DNA from: Nemertoderma westbladi
Taxonomy: Eukaryota; Animalia; Xenacoelomorpha
NCBI GenBank assembly: GCA_032718475.1
Contig: JAUCBJ010005186.1
Coordinates: 1-36,868, forward strand
Length of the DNA stretch: 36,868 bases
Reading direction: 5' to 3'
This document shows positions 10,821 through 22,939 of the stretch, piece by piece. The position numbers and the translations under genes were made by a program. The notes under the pieces were generated by a model. It had not been told where the DNA came from. It made no database searches and saw only the letters and a list, made by a program, of their open reading frames with translations. The stretch's first letter is position 1, and each line of letters opens with the position of its first letter.

Positions 10821-13278
10821 ATTGAACTGGCAGTCGCTACTCCGACTGAAGGCCGAGTTTATTCCGACTCTGGAGGGAGAAGAGGACACGTCGTACTTTG
10901 ATACCCGCGGCGACCGTTACAACCACCCGGACGCACCCCAACTGTCCGACGAGGAGGAACCCAACTCTTCCGATCCCTTCTCCGACTTCTCGACCTCGTC
11001 GCCGCGGTTCAGCCGGCTCTGCATCCGAGGTTCCCTCAGCGACCTGCGTCTCGCCTCGGACGGCGGCTCGTCCGGAGGACTCCGCAGTACGCCGTCCACC
11101 CCCGGCGACCCCCGGTCGAAGATCGACCCGCATCTCCCCCCGAGTCCCTCCATAACGCTCGACAGCCCGGAGACCCAGCCCACCGGGGTACAGACCGCGC
11201 CCACCACCCCCACCGAGTCGCCGCCCCCCTTCCCAGCCCCCACCTCCCCCCTCGCCCGTCTCTCCGCCCCCCAACCCATCCCTTCCCCCGCCCCCAAGCC
11301 CCACCTCGCGGAGTCCCTCTCCCCACCCCGCATCCTCACCCCCACCCAGCGCCTGGAGCACTCCCCCACACACAGCCCCATCAACTCCCCTCGCTCCCAT
11401 CCCGCCTCCCGCTCCTCCTCCTCCCCCATACTCCCTTGCCGCCCCCGCTCAGTAACACTCTCCGGCCCGCCGTCCGCCTCTCCCCCTGGAACTATCCGCG
11501 GTCTCCTCCGGGTAAACCCCGGAATGATAAAAAGCGCATCGTCCGCCGGTCTATCTCTCGTTATACAGGATCCTAATCGTATCCGGTCCGATTCCGACAA
11601 CTTGCGACCCGATTCCGAACCCTTCCGGTCTGACTCGGACACCTTCCGGCCGGATTCCACGCACTTCCGTTCGATCATCGAACGCGCCTCATTCGGCCGC
11701 TTCCGATCCGTTTCCGACCGTCTCCATCCGGATTCCGAACGCCACCGCTCCGACTCCACCAATTCAGACAACATGTCGGGTACCCCGACGACGACCGGGC
11801 GTCGCAGCGGCGGTCTCGCTTCCCCCGGCGCCATCCGACGACACCACACGATAATCGGCGCGGTCGCGAGCCCCGTCTCCTCGACTAGCAGCCGCGACGC
11901 CAGCCCTTCGCGGTACATCCCAACGCGACGACCTTCCCCTCGAATCGACTCGCTGAAACCGCCGATCGTTATCTATAAATCGGCCCGCGGTTACGGATTC
12001 ACTCTCCGAGCGATTAGGGTCTACATGGGCGAGACTGACCTCTACACCATCCAACATCTCGTCACCGAGGTCCTCGAGGGGGATGCCTCGTGGGAAGCCG
12101 GACTCCGCCCCAACCATCTCATATCGCACGTTAACGACGAACCCGTTCAGGGGCTGTTACACACCCACGTGATCCAACTGATACTCAGTCAGCCGAGGCA
12201 GGTCTCTGTGCGAGCGGTTCCGTTGGATCAGACCTCGATAAAGGCGGGGGGGCCGCGAAGGGGAGGCCCGGGGAGGATGGCGAGGCCGACGGACCGCTCG
12301 GTGGAGCGCAGACACGCGGATAAACGGAAGAAGAGCAGTTTGTTGCGACGGTTGAGTTCCAGACGGAGTGGCGGGGTCGATATTCCGTCCGAGTTTCCGT
12401 CGCTGCCGGGGCAACCGTTACGAGCGTCGCCGTCACCGCCGGCCGTGCTGCTGACCGGAGCGAGCCGGTTGGTTGGAACGAGTCCGTTAGCCGGATCGGG
12501 TCCGCTCGGGACTAGTCCGCTCGCTATGTCTAATCGACTCGGGACCACTCGCGGTTTGTCTGCTAGTCACAGCTTCACGTCCGGAGACAAACTGGTGCGT
12601 CCGCGGTACGCCACTGCTTCGGTAGGGGGCGCTAGTCGTTTCAGTCCCCCCGGGGTGGTCGGGGAAGGGGGAATGCCCCCTCGGGTTGTGGACGGGATTC
12701 CCCCCCGGGCCAGTCCCCCCTCTTCGGGGGGTTCGCCCCCCGGGCGGCCCTCCACCCTCCAGGGTCTCGGCCACAAACTCCGGAACATCCACTCGCCGCG
12801 CCGGAAATCGTGCAGCCAGATTCCGGTCAGCCCGCTGGCGCGCACCCCTAGCCCCAGCCGGCAGCCCCCCGCGGTCCCCCGTCAGCCCCCCGCGGTCCCC
12901 CGCCAGCCGCCCACAATACCCGCTCCCAACAGCAGCATCGCCGCCGTGGTTATGGGCCGGAGTCCCAGCCCGTTAACCGTCTCCTCCGGCTACACCACGA
13001 CTAGTTGCGCCGCCCCGGGGATCCAGCAGACGCACCACACGAGCGTGGCGACCCCCAAGCGGCGGTTCCACCCGCGGAACGCGCCCCGAGTCGGGGAGGA
13101 GTTCTACTCGAGGAACCGGGAGGAACGCGTTCCGGACACCGTGGTTCACTCCCCGCGTCGCAGCACCGGAACCATCGCGACCGCCAACCCCGCAGCCGAT
13201 ACACTCGCCGGTTTCAAACAGTACCTCCGTCGGAAAGCGACTTGGGACGAGAAACGCAATCTATTCGACGAATTATAG
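10821..13278 (+). CDS. MAST: MAST kinase terminal exon: AGC kinase C-terminal tail, Pro/Ser-rich linker, PDZ domain (~11959-12225), low-complexity tail
   Basis: Acceptor ttccactcag ends at 10820. GG+A restores Gly and joins FFIG to LNWQSLLRLKAEFIPTLEGEEDTSYFDTR. PDZ reads PPIVIYKSARGYGFTLRAIRVYMGETDLYTIQHLV...GLLHTHVIQLIL. MAST-like motifs SPRRKS and SPLARTPSP follow. Stop TAG at 13276-13278. Confidence 0.95.
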
Positions 13279-13591
13279 CGATCGATTTGTGCTTCGAGAA
13301 TCCCATTAGCAATCATTAAACACTGTATCCCCCCTCCCCAATCTCCACCCTCTTATGGTTTGTGCTTATTTATTTATAGATAAATGTCATTGCATTTATT
13401 ATAGGCGGTCCATTTAATTCACTTTGGGCTGGCCTATTAGTTATTACTTTGATATCTTTTTTTTATATTATTATTATTATTAGTCAACCAAAAATAGTAG
13501 AGAATGATTAAAAAGAAGTAGAATAACCTTAAATTATCATTAAACTTGGTCATTAAAATCGTAAGGGAATTAGTTGACATTGGAGTTGTAA

Positions 13592-13754
13592 AACCGGCCC
13601 TATTGGGGCTCGAACCCGGTACCTAGGTTTCAAACTTCTGGTTATCACCAGCCGGGTGAGTGTACTCAGTAGGTAGCTCAGTACACTCACCCGGCTGATG
13701 ATAACCAGAAGTTTGAAACCTAGATACCGGGTTCGAGCCCCAATAGGGCCGGTT
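13592..13754. repeat. Inverted repeat, 75-bp arms with 2 mismatches and a 13-nt spacer, containing Pol III box-like motifs
   Basis: Arms 13592-13666 and 13680-13754 checked base by base. Confidence 0.95.
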
Positions 13755-15508
13755 GATATTTTTCGCTATGGAGAGCATTATCATATTGTCCTATTTACAT
13801 TGTATATTTGATTCACCGCGTCACTCGCCCCACAACAATTCACTTATTATTAATACCGAAGTTGTAGACATCTGGACTGCTTATTGTGTCACAGTTTCAG
13901 TATTTGGCACTTTAAGATGGGCCTTTTGGAATTTCCAACTCAATATATTTTTAAGAACTCTATCCTCTCCTATACTTAATATACAATGTACCTGTACCGG
14001 TTGTATACGGAACAGGTGCAGTTGGAAACGTTTTAATTTAATATTCACTAAAACAAACAAACATGTGCTTAAATTGTAATGAGTAATGTAATGAAATTAA
14101 ATACATCGAAGGTTCATTACAAAAATAAAATACATATTATTATTGTGTAATGTATTCGAATATATTGTTGTTCTTTGTTACATTATTCTTATGGCCAAAC
14201 ATTGTTTTTTTTATTCGAAAATGGGAATAATAAAAGGGTTTGTTTAATGTTTTTGTTTTAATAACTATAGCCAAACCTTCAATTAAAATTATTTCAATTT
14301 TCGAATATATTTACAAACTCCAAGTCGTAATCTATACAGCACATTAATAGATTGCGGTTCTCATCTCTATTAATATCCTAGTTTCCGCTTAGATTTGTAA
14401 AACGCCTCTCACTGTAATCTTATAAAGTGCTACATTATAAGACTATTAAGGTTAAACAGTTGTATTTTTTCCCGTTACACAAATATAAGTTTGATTGCTT
14501 GTTTCCATAAGTTTTCCAGTTTCCCCCGCGATCAGCGACTTAATTTTTTCCTTACGATTAACTTCCCCATTTTTCTGCGATATTCGCTACGTTTTCTAAT
14601 CAACTATAAATTATTAGTTAGGAATCTGAAAATTATTCCTTAATTACTTTTATTATAGTTGTTCTAAAATCGAATATTATAAAACTACTTGGTGTTTTAT
14701 TAAAAATAAGCGCATGGTTGTTAGTTGTTTCGTAATAATATATTATATACAATAATAGCCTCACCGGTTATGTTTTTGTAGACAGGTAGAATGTTGCCAT
14801 ACAGCTGTATGCGCTGTGTGGGGGGTGGTAGAAGGGTGGGTGGATGTAATATTGAGAATTAATAATTATAATGTATATTTATTTATTAAACATTCATGTA
14901 AACCTGACATCCTGTATACATTACTCCTACTTTTTATGTATAGATTTACTGTCAATTGTTTTACGTGACATTGTGACGTCATATCTATTTATTTATGACG
15001 TCACACTATTAGTTTATATATTTAAATTTGTGCTTCTTTTTTACGGCTTTTATCTTTAATTATATTATTATTAGCAACCAGGGTAAGATATTCTCTAATT
15101 ACTAGAAGGTTTAAAGTTGTCTAGTTTCCGGTTGGTTACCATGGATACGGTTGGTACGTCCCGGTTGATTAGTTTTAAACATTCCCTTGGATTCCCTTTG
15201 GAATAAATATTTGCATACGAACGAATCACGCGCGCGTGACAATTCCACATAAAATACCGAGATAGCTAGCTGAGTACCAAATATCTGCTCGAATACCTTT
15301 AACCTGTGATAAGGAGAACGCAAATTATATCCCGATGTTATTCATAACACATTTTTGTCACGTATGGGATATCCACTCACAGTTACAGACATTATTTACT
15401 TGAATAAAGCCGTGGGGTTGATTTTTAAGTTCTTTATTTGCCCCTAAAGTGTGACATTTATTGGAGTAAATACGTTGTATTAATTTTATATAAAATTAGG
15501 AAAAACGC

Positions 15509-15811
15509 TTGTGTTAACAACAGACGATTTACTTGTTGTTAGCAACGGGCGATTAATTGTTGGTAGCAACAGACGATTTACGTGTTGTTAGCAACGGGCG
15601 ATTAATTGTTGTTAGCAACATGATATTAATGTTGTTAGCAACAGACGATATACTTGTTGTTAGCAACAGACGATTAATTGTTGTTAGCAACATGATATTA
15701 ATGTTGTTAGCAACAGACGATATACTTGTTGGTAGCAACAGACGATTTACGTGTTGTTAGCAACGGGCGATTAATTGTTGTTAGCAACATGATATTAATG
15801 TTGTTAGCAAC
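15509..15811. repeat. Compound minisatellite of ~24-25-bp subunits sharing TTGTTAGCAAC, with a three-subunit higher-order pattern
   Basis: Recurring order acagacgat..., acgggcgattaat..., acatgatattaat... Confidence 0.9.
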
Positions 15812-17648
15812 CTCCGTTTCAAATTTCTTACTTCGAATGATTAAACATTTTTTGCGATAAATGAATGTTGTATATATTGGTTCCGCTGCTTTCTGTGTGA
15901 ACGCTTATGGTTAATGTGGATGTTGTTATTCATTTACTTTTCTAGTTTTTGTTATTTAGGTAAGTTGAGGGTTTTGTGCTGTGAATGTTTGAGAGTTGGG
16001 TTTGAATGAGGTTTGGGTAGTAGTTTTTGAAGTGGTTTTACGGTTATACCCCTAACTATTATAGAGAACAACTATAATTAAATCAGTTGGTTGACTTAGA
16101 TCAGTGCCATAGGGCAGAAAACGAAATCCTTCACCGTTTAATGCATGACATTTTGTAGTATTATAATTAATTATTATTTATAATAAATTATAATAATTCG
16201 AATTCACTTATTTAGTAACTTTATTCGAGTTACTTCTACAAAATTGTGTATCAGTTTGCTGAAGTTATTTTACTGTGGGACCGGTAGAAACTAATAATGC
16301 CATTTTACTGATTAGTAAAAATTGTATTTAGTAAATTTATCAGTAAAGAGAGAGATTGGCCCTCTAGGTTTTCTATTGTTTTTGTATGGGTTAGTAGAGG
16401 GTTTTATCACAGTTTGATTTAGGGTTAGGCCTTTGTTGAAACCAAGAGATGTCGGATTTATATTTGTTGCGGTATTATCTCGTTTCTTTACCAACATAAT
16501 AATTTATAGGAGTTCTATAAATCAATGTTAATAAGTTTTGGTGCATCGAAATCGCTTTTATAACTCCATGTAATAAAGTGTTTTTTATATATTTCCTGAT
16601 ATCTTTTTTGTCTAAGGAATCATAAACTGCATTGTGATTAACTTATTTTTTATTAAGCTTTTAGTCCTTGAATGAAACTAAAATGTTTATTTTCCGCCTC
16701 CAGGGGATTAATTATTTATGAAGCCTCGAGAACTTTTTATTCCGTCAGATAACCTTATTCACCTTCTGCAAACTTTTTTTAGTCTCCAATCAATTTATTT
16801 ACCCCCCTTAACTTTATATACCATCTGTTTATTTACTTTACCCCCCCCACTCAACTTTATATAGGTGGCTCAAAACCTATAATATATAGTCGACCTAATC
16901 TGCGGGTTAATTTTTTTAATAATTTCAAAATAGTTTTTAATATTTGGTTCACTTTGAATCATGTTAAAGAGCGCATTCGATTCTATAAAGTTCGATAAGA
17001 ACATTTATTTTGACAACATTGTCGCTTTGATAAAATATATGACGAATTAACTTACTATTTGTTACTTTTATATATTTTTTTTGGTGCTAGTTAATGTTTG
17101 TAAGAGCGTCCCCTTGTTGCCTAGTTACACGCAGTCATAGCTTTTTGTGTTTTGACGTAGTGTCGAACTTGTCATTGGTTGTTTTTGTGTAATATGATAC
17201 GTTATTCGATCTAATTGGTTGTTTGTAGTTTTGATTCTAATATTATATTGACATTGCGATATTTAATTATTTTCACTTTCGATTTTATCTGCTGTTTTGC
17301 CGGGACACCTACTTTGGCACCTACTTTAGTGTTAAGCTACAGCAAGGTGGCCTTCATAAGTCCCACCTTCTTGGCGTAGTGCATAAATCTGTTCTCTTTG
17401 GTTTTATTAAATGGTAGCTAGATGAGTAACAGTTTCCTCTGGGGAGTATAGTTCTGCGGGGGGGGGGGATTGGAAATCAGATGTTAGTTTGTGCGTATTC
17501 CCTCCCTGGCTTAACGGCTGAATAAAACTTTATTTTACTTTTACTTTATAAAGGATGCACGGGGTGTATAAAGTGTATAAAAGGTGTAGGCAAAAAAGTG
17601 TCTGTACCGGAAGTGTGTAATTTGTTTGTTGTTTTTTGTGTTTATTAA

Positions 17649-18188
17649 GGGGTTCATTATACCCAATGAAAGTGAACGTTTCGAAATTTTGAAAAATATT
17701 CAAAATTCTAAATTTCCTACTATCCTACTTTCATCACATTAAACATTCATCAAACATATATACCAAAATGTTCTGCAGCTTTAGGGCTACAATAGTGAGT
17801 ATTGGTTTTGTAAAACATGTCCAATTGGATGTTCTAGACCCTTTTTTGTAAGTACTACTCTTTGTCTATCTCAAAATTATGATCCACAAAGTCCGAACAT
17901 TATATAGCCCCATATGTAAAGCCCCCCCCCCCCCCCCCCCCCCCCCCTCCATAAGTTTTTCAAAACCGATATTTTTATGCAGAAATTTTCATAAATGAGA
18001 CGCCTATTGCACCAAGTTCTTGGACCGAGAACAGATCAACAGGGATATTTTACATATAAATAGCCTGAGAAATGTATACAATTTTTGAAAATACCGATTT
18101 GCAAAACAAAAAGTGCCATATTTTATGAACAAAATGGTTTGCGAAGCTATCCTTAAAAAATCGATTTGGGCTAATGATCATGGTCCCC
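17649..18188. mobile_element. Putative Kolobok-type MITE (TTAA target, purine-starting termini)
   Basis: TTAA|GGGGTTCATTAT ... ATCATGGTCCCC|TTAA; imperfect 12-bp TIR; internal C26 run. Confidence 0.5.
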
Positions 18189-18479
18189 TTAACGCTTTTG
18201 GGTTTATAGTCAATGAAAACTTGGTATTTTCCATCTAGGTAAATCTAACATCAGCATATTCCCTTATGGGTGAGACTTATATCAATTGGACACCATTAGA
18301 TCCAAAATTCTGGTTACTACTAACCGGGTTACATAACTTATTGATTTATCTACCTAACTGTAATGTTGAATCATATTTGAATTTTGGTCTGTGTCTGTGA
18401 CACGGGTCGTTTATTCTCGGTTGAACGAATCTCCACAGCTCATCTCTGCCCCACATTAGATTCCTTAAACCTTATATCT

Positions 18480-19478
18480 TTAACCCATGTAAGAATTCCA
18501 TAGTTAAAAATTATTTACCCATGTAAGAATTCCAGTTAAAAATTATTAACCCATGTAAGAATTCCAGTTAAAAATTATTAACCCATGTAAGAATTCCAGT
18601 TAAAAATTATTAACCCATGCAAGAATTCCAGTTAAAAATTATTAACCCATGTAAGAATTCCATAGTTAAAAATTATTAACCCATGTAAGAATTCCAGTTA
18701 GAAATTATTAACCCATGCAAGAATTCAAGTTAAAAATTATTAACCCATGTAAGAATTCCAGTTAAAAATTATTAACCCATGTAAGAATTCCATAGTTAAA
18801 AATTATTAACCCATGTAAGAATTCCAGTTAAAAATTATTAACCCATGCAAGAATTCCAGTTAAAAATTATTAACCCATGTAAGAATTCCATAGTTAAAAA
18901 TTATTAACCCATGTAAGAATTCCAGTTAAAAATTATTAACCCATACAAGAATTCCAGTTAAAAATTATTAACCCATGTAAGAATTCCAGTTAAAAATTAT
19001 TAACCCATACAAGAATTCCAGTTAAAAATTATTAACCCATGTAAGAATTCCAGTTAATAATTATTAACCCATGTAAGAATTCCAGTTAAAAATTATTAAC
19101 CCATACAAGAATTCCAGTTAAAAATTATTAACCCATGTAAGAATTCCAGTTAAAAATTATTAACCCATGTAAGAATTCCAGTTAATAATTATTAACCCAT
19201 GCAAGAATTCCAGTTAAAAATTATTAACCCATGTAAGAATTCCATAGTTAAAAATTATTAACCCATGTAAGAATTCCAGTTAAAAATTATTAACCCATAC
19301 AAGAATTCCAGTTAAAAATTATTAACCCATGTAAGAATTCCAGTTAATAATTATTAACCCATGTAAGAATTCCAGTTAATAATTATTAACCCATGTAAGA
19401 ATTCCAGTTAATAATTATTAACCCATGTAAGAATTCCAGTTAAAAATTATTAACCCATGCAAGAATTCCAGTTAAAAA
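18480..19478. repeat. 32-bp AT-rich minisatellite TAACCCATGTAAGAATTCCAGTTAAAAATTAT (34-bp variants), about 31 units
   Basis: Direct periodicity; an EcoRI site per unit. Confidence 0.97.
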
Positions 19479-19836
19479 TAACATTAAGTCGAATTATTAT
19501 TGTCACTAAATCTACGGTTGCTGAATTGGACCAATTCTTTTTCATATCTTTTTCTATAGAGGTATATTGGGTACGGTTTTGTTATTGAGATAAAATTGTC
19601 ATTATACTGTCTAACTTCTAAGAGGCCGTCGCTACAATTGCATTTGGCATATTCTTCTGGCCTATTTTGGAGAAATTCTTTTCAAACAAAAACAAAGTAG
19701 AATTTGTATTTTTTCTTCTTGAGATTAAATTATTATTGTTTATTGTTGTTACTGTTAAATAAAAATGAAATGCTCAAAATCAGCCACCGTACTATAACAC
19801 TGCTCCGTTTATTTGGATAATATTGATCTACTATCC

Positions 19837-19974
19837 CGTTTTGCAGGACATTGCTTTCGCCGTGAGGACCAGCCAGCCCATAATCTTGTGCTTTGGCAGC
19901 CTCATGGAGTGAATAAGCATGGTGGACAACCCATGACTTTCTAGAGACGCATCTTAAAGGACACTGGCCTTGAA
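19837..19974 (+). mobile_element. Degenerate RTE-clade LINE ORF2 C-terminal fragment
   Basis: Translates RFAGHCFRREDQPAHNLVLWQPHGVNKHGGQPMTF*RRILKDTGLE, resembling the RFAGH..R...L.W.P.G....GRP......DTGL end of RTE-like reverse transcriptases; contains an in-frame stop. Confidence 0.7.
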
Positions 19975-21013
19975 CAAGCCGCCACAGCATTCTTAATATA
20001 TATGTAATATATATATAATGCAGCTGCAATGCAGCACGCCAATTGTAGTGTAGTATTCATCTACTATACTGAGTCAATTTGCGTCTCAAACTCAAGCTAA
20101 CCTTCAAAAAGTGTCCCTTATACATGTGTATGTGCTGATTTTATTGTACCGCAGGACAACAAACCACAAACGGTATTATATCTAATGTTTACATATAGAA
20201 AGCAGTTAGGCCTAGCTAAACTCTGCCAATCATATCGCCCTACAGCAGTAACAAGTAATAATTATAATTCAACAAGGCAGATGGCGCCTAATTTCTGGCC
20301 CAATTCGCATACTAAGTCACCCAGACCCCTTTGTCGCCCAATCTATACAGATGGCTTTATGAGTTCGCTATCCTTATTCCTTCGTGTTTGCGGTACAGAT
20401 TATTAATATTGGTTTCCTTACCAATAATATGAATTATTACGTTTATAGAAAACGATTTTATTTTAATTGTCATTTAACAACTTGTTTTTTGGATTTTATA
20501 CAGTATGTAATTGCTAATTTTTATTTATTTCTTTTATCATATATTTATTTTGCAATTTTTTATATTTTTTTTTTAATATAACTGATGAAGATAACCGATA
20601 GTGAGAAAAAACCGAAATCGAAAACCAATACAGTTATTTGTTTTATATTATAACATTTAACTGTATCACTATCAAAATCCACGATGTTGAATGTAGCTCA
20701 GAATAATATTTTTAAATTTTAAAACTAACAAACTATGGTGCTGGTAAAATTTAACTTTGTCAACTTTCCCATTTTTGGTAATTAATTTATTTTGTTACAC
20801 CTACATTATAAATATATATATTCAATGTCATTCAGATTTGTTTTAACACTAATTTATATACATTTTACATTAGTAGTTAAGCGAACGAGATACAAGGCCG
20901 TGAGGTGCCGTACGAATTTATTCAGTTATTCCGAATTTGAAATAGATTACTGACGATTTTCTAAAACAAACTTATCGCTGGCTAAGTTTCCGAAGCTATT
21001 TCTTCGTTAACAG

Positions 21014-21106
21014 GTGAGTTGGCTTTATTCAATAATAATTAGTTAAAATTGATTACCGTCGTAGATTAAATTTTTTTATCATAAATTTAATATTTTAAAC
21101 TGATAG
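21014..21106 (+). other. Probable short 5'-UTR intron of the SLC23 gene
   Basis: Consensus donor CAG|GTGAGT at 21013/21014, AT-rich body, tgatag acceptor 7 nt before the ATG. Confidence 0.5.
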
Positions 21107-21113
21107 ATTTGTT

Positions 21114-21296
21114 ATGGAAGACACGAAGAATGAAGCCGATATGCTTCCTGCTGGGAGGAGACTATCTGAAGGGAGTGACAGATGGGAGATCGGACGAGGT
21201 TTAGACACCGACGAGGGTTCCAATAAACTGCCGAAGCCATTATACGCCTTGTCTGACAACCCACCATGGTACCTGTGTATACTGCTGGGGATGCAA
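21114..21296 (+). CDS. SLC23A: SLC23/NAT family transporter, coding exon 1
   Basis: ATG at 21114; ends LYALSDNPPWYLCILLGMQ (SLC23 PPWYLC..LG.Q motif); donor gttggt at 21297, phase 0. Confidence 0.9.
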
Positions 21297-21350
21297 GTTG
21301 GTTATAAACTTTTAATCAATTACTGTATTCGCATGGATTTACTGTTATTT

Positions 21351-21612
21351 ACTTTATGTTCACACAGCTGAGACTTAAGAACCAAAGTAAATCACCACAT
21401 TCAATCTCCACATCATTACTTGTGTACCGAGTAAAACCATCTTTATCCCACAGCCTTACTTGTACACGGAGTAAATTTGCTTTATAGTTTATATCCCCAC
21501 AACATTACTGTACGATTATAAAAAATAGTTTATGTATTTTATCCCCGGGAATTATCTGATGTACCGAGTAAATAAACTTATACTTTATATCCCTAGCATT
21601 ACCTTATGATGG
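21351..21612 (+). repeat. Decayed ~45-55-bp tandem copies resembling the acceptor and start of SLC23 coding exon 2
   Basis: Motif TTTAT(A)TCCC(C)ACAG-CATTAC..GTACCGAGTAAA recurs about five times before the true tttatatccctag|CATTAC. Confidence 0.65.
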
Positions 21613-21751
21613 TTGGTAGCACCATAGCAACGCCGCTACTTATCGCTGATATTCTCTGCGTCACCGACATGAATACGAAAAGCGAAATCGTTGGAACGAC
21701 GTTGTTTTTCTCTGGAATCGCAACAATTTGCCAAACAACACTCGGGGTCAG
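21597..21751 (+). CDS. SLC23A: SLC23/NAT transporter, coding exon 2
   Basis: ccctag|CAT; translates HYLMMVGSTIATPLLIADILCV...SGIATICQTTLGVR, completing the TM1 QH motif across the junction; donor gtaatt, phase 2. Not in the ORF track. Confidence 0.92.
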
Positions 21752-21985
21752 GTAATTAACACACAGACACAATTATGTAAAGTGTTTGCTTTGGTGTTCT
21801 GTGGGTTTGTATTTGACATTTCAAAAACATTATTGTTTGTATAAAATGATTATTTTGTGTTTTACATGACCTTTACCAATGGATGTTTGTTACAGAGTTG
21901 GATGTCTGTTATTCCCCTTAATGCGGTTGTATAATAGATTAATTAAAGGGTGGGTAGAAAGTGGACTTGGACAAGTTATTATTGT

Positions 21986-22366
21986 CTACCGATTGTCCGG
22001 GGGACAATATTCAGTTTTTGTTTTCAGACTACAACAGTTCAGAGAACACCATTCAGTCTTTTGTTTCAGACTGGCAATAGACCAGGAGACAACATTCAGT
22101 CTTTTGTTTCAGACAACCGATTATCCAGGTACGCTGCAAACTTCGCCCGCGAGAAAGCTTCGCCCTCAAAATGCGTGATAAAAACATCGTTTATTGTTTT
22201 GGTTAGAAAAAGCCGTCTCTATAACCTGCCGTCTCTGTAACCTCCTCCTTTCCCCCAATCGGGCGAACGTTTGACGTGGGCGATTATTAGCCGCAACTAT
22301 TATCCATGGGACAACATTCAGCCTTTTGTTTCAGACTACCGATAGTCCAGGGGACAACATTCAGCC
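21986..22366 (+). repeat. Decayed ~43-bp tandem copies of the acceptor and first bases of SLC23 coding exon 3, interrupted by a 171-bp insertion
   Basis: TTTTGTTTCAG|AC...ACAACATTCAG recurs with AG ending at 22027, 22069, 22112 and 22334 (the true site). Confidence 0.88.
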
Positions 22367-22515
22367 TTTTCATTCCTGCTATGGCCATTTTGAGTTCCGA
22401 CAAGTGGAAATGTCCCGATACTGAACCAACAGTTGCTACAGAAACCTTAGATATGACTACGAATGTTACCATGGATACCAACGCAACAATAACATGGCAG
22501 GATAGAATGTGTGAG
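22335..22515 (+). CDS. SLC23A: SLC23/NAT transporter, coding exon 3
   Basis: tttcag|A; (R)LPIVQGTTFSLFIPAMAILSSDKWKCP...WQDRMCE; donor gtaaaa, phase 0. Confidence 0.92.
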
Positions 22516-22733
22516 GTAAAATATATTACAATTTTTTAAACAATTATTAATGTTAAGAGGCCGGTAACTGAAGCTATGCTAGTAAATAAATAATAATAAA
22601 ATGCATCGCACTAAACTTAGGAGTGTTGTTGTGGGTTTTATTAAATCTCTTAAAACTCAAATTATCAACTACCTGAGGACAGGAGTTTCCCTATTTAATG
22701 TTAATTTATTTAATAATTCATTGTTTTACACAG

Positions 22734-22915
22734 TTACAAGGAGCTATTATGATTGGTGCATTGTTTGAGGTTGCTATTGGTTTCAGCGGATTAACCGGCG
22801 CTCTGATGCGCTACATCTCCCCTCTAGTAGTCGCTCCAATTATCACTCTCATCGGACTGTCATTGTTCAGCGTTGCGGCTGAGTATGCTGGCGAACAATG
22901 GGGGGTCGCTTTATT
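22734..22915 (+). CDS. SLC23A: SLC23/NAT transporter, coding exon 4
   Basis: acacag|TTA; LQGAIMIGALFEVAIGFSGLTGALMRYISPLVVAPIITLIGLSLF...QWGVAL; donor gtaagt, phase 2. Confidence 0.93.
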
Positions 22916-22939
22916 GTAAGTCTAATAATTAATAACTAA

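Noticed and set aside
10837-13319. Overlapping antisense and alternate-frame ORFs in the MAST exon
   Set aside because: Expected shadows of a GC-rich, stop-poor coding exon.
15850-16700. Possible minus-strand LINE remnant
   Set aside because: Strand-skewed composition and faint reverse-transcriptase-like words only; not supportable without a profile search.
18480-19478. Interstitial telomeric repeat
   Set aside because: Only one TAACCC per 32-bp unit, not tandem hexamers.
20578-20640. Hammerhead ribozyme-like CTGATGA...GAAA (also at ~13695)
   Set aside because: No proper stem II/III or NUH cleavage triplet in register; at most a decayed remnant. An Infernal search would settle it.
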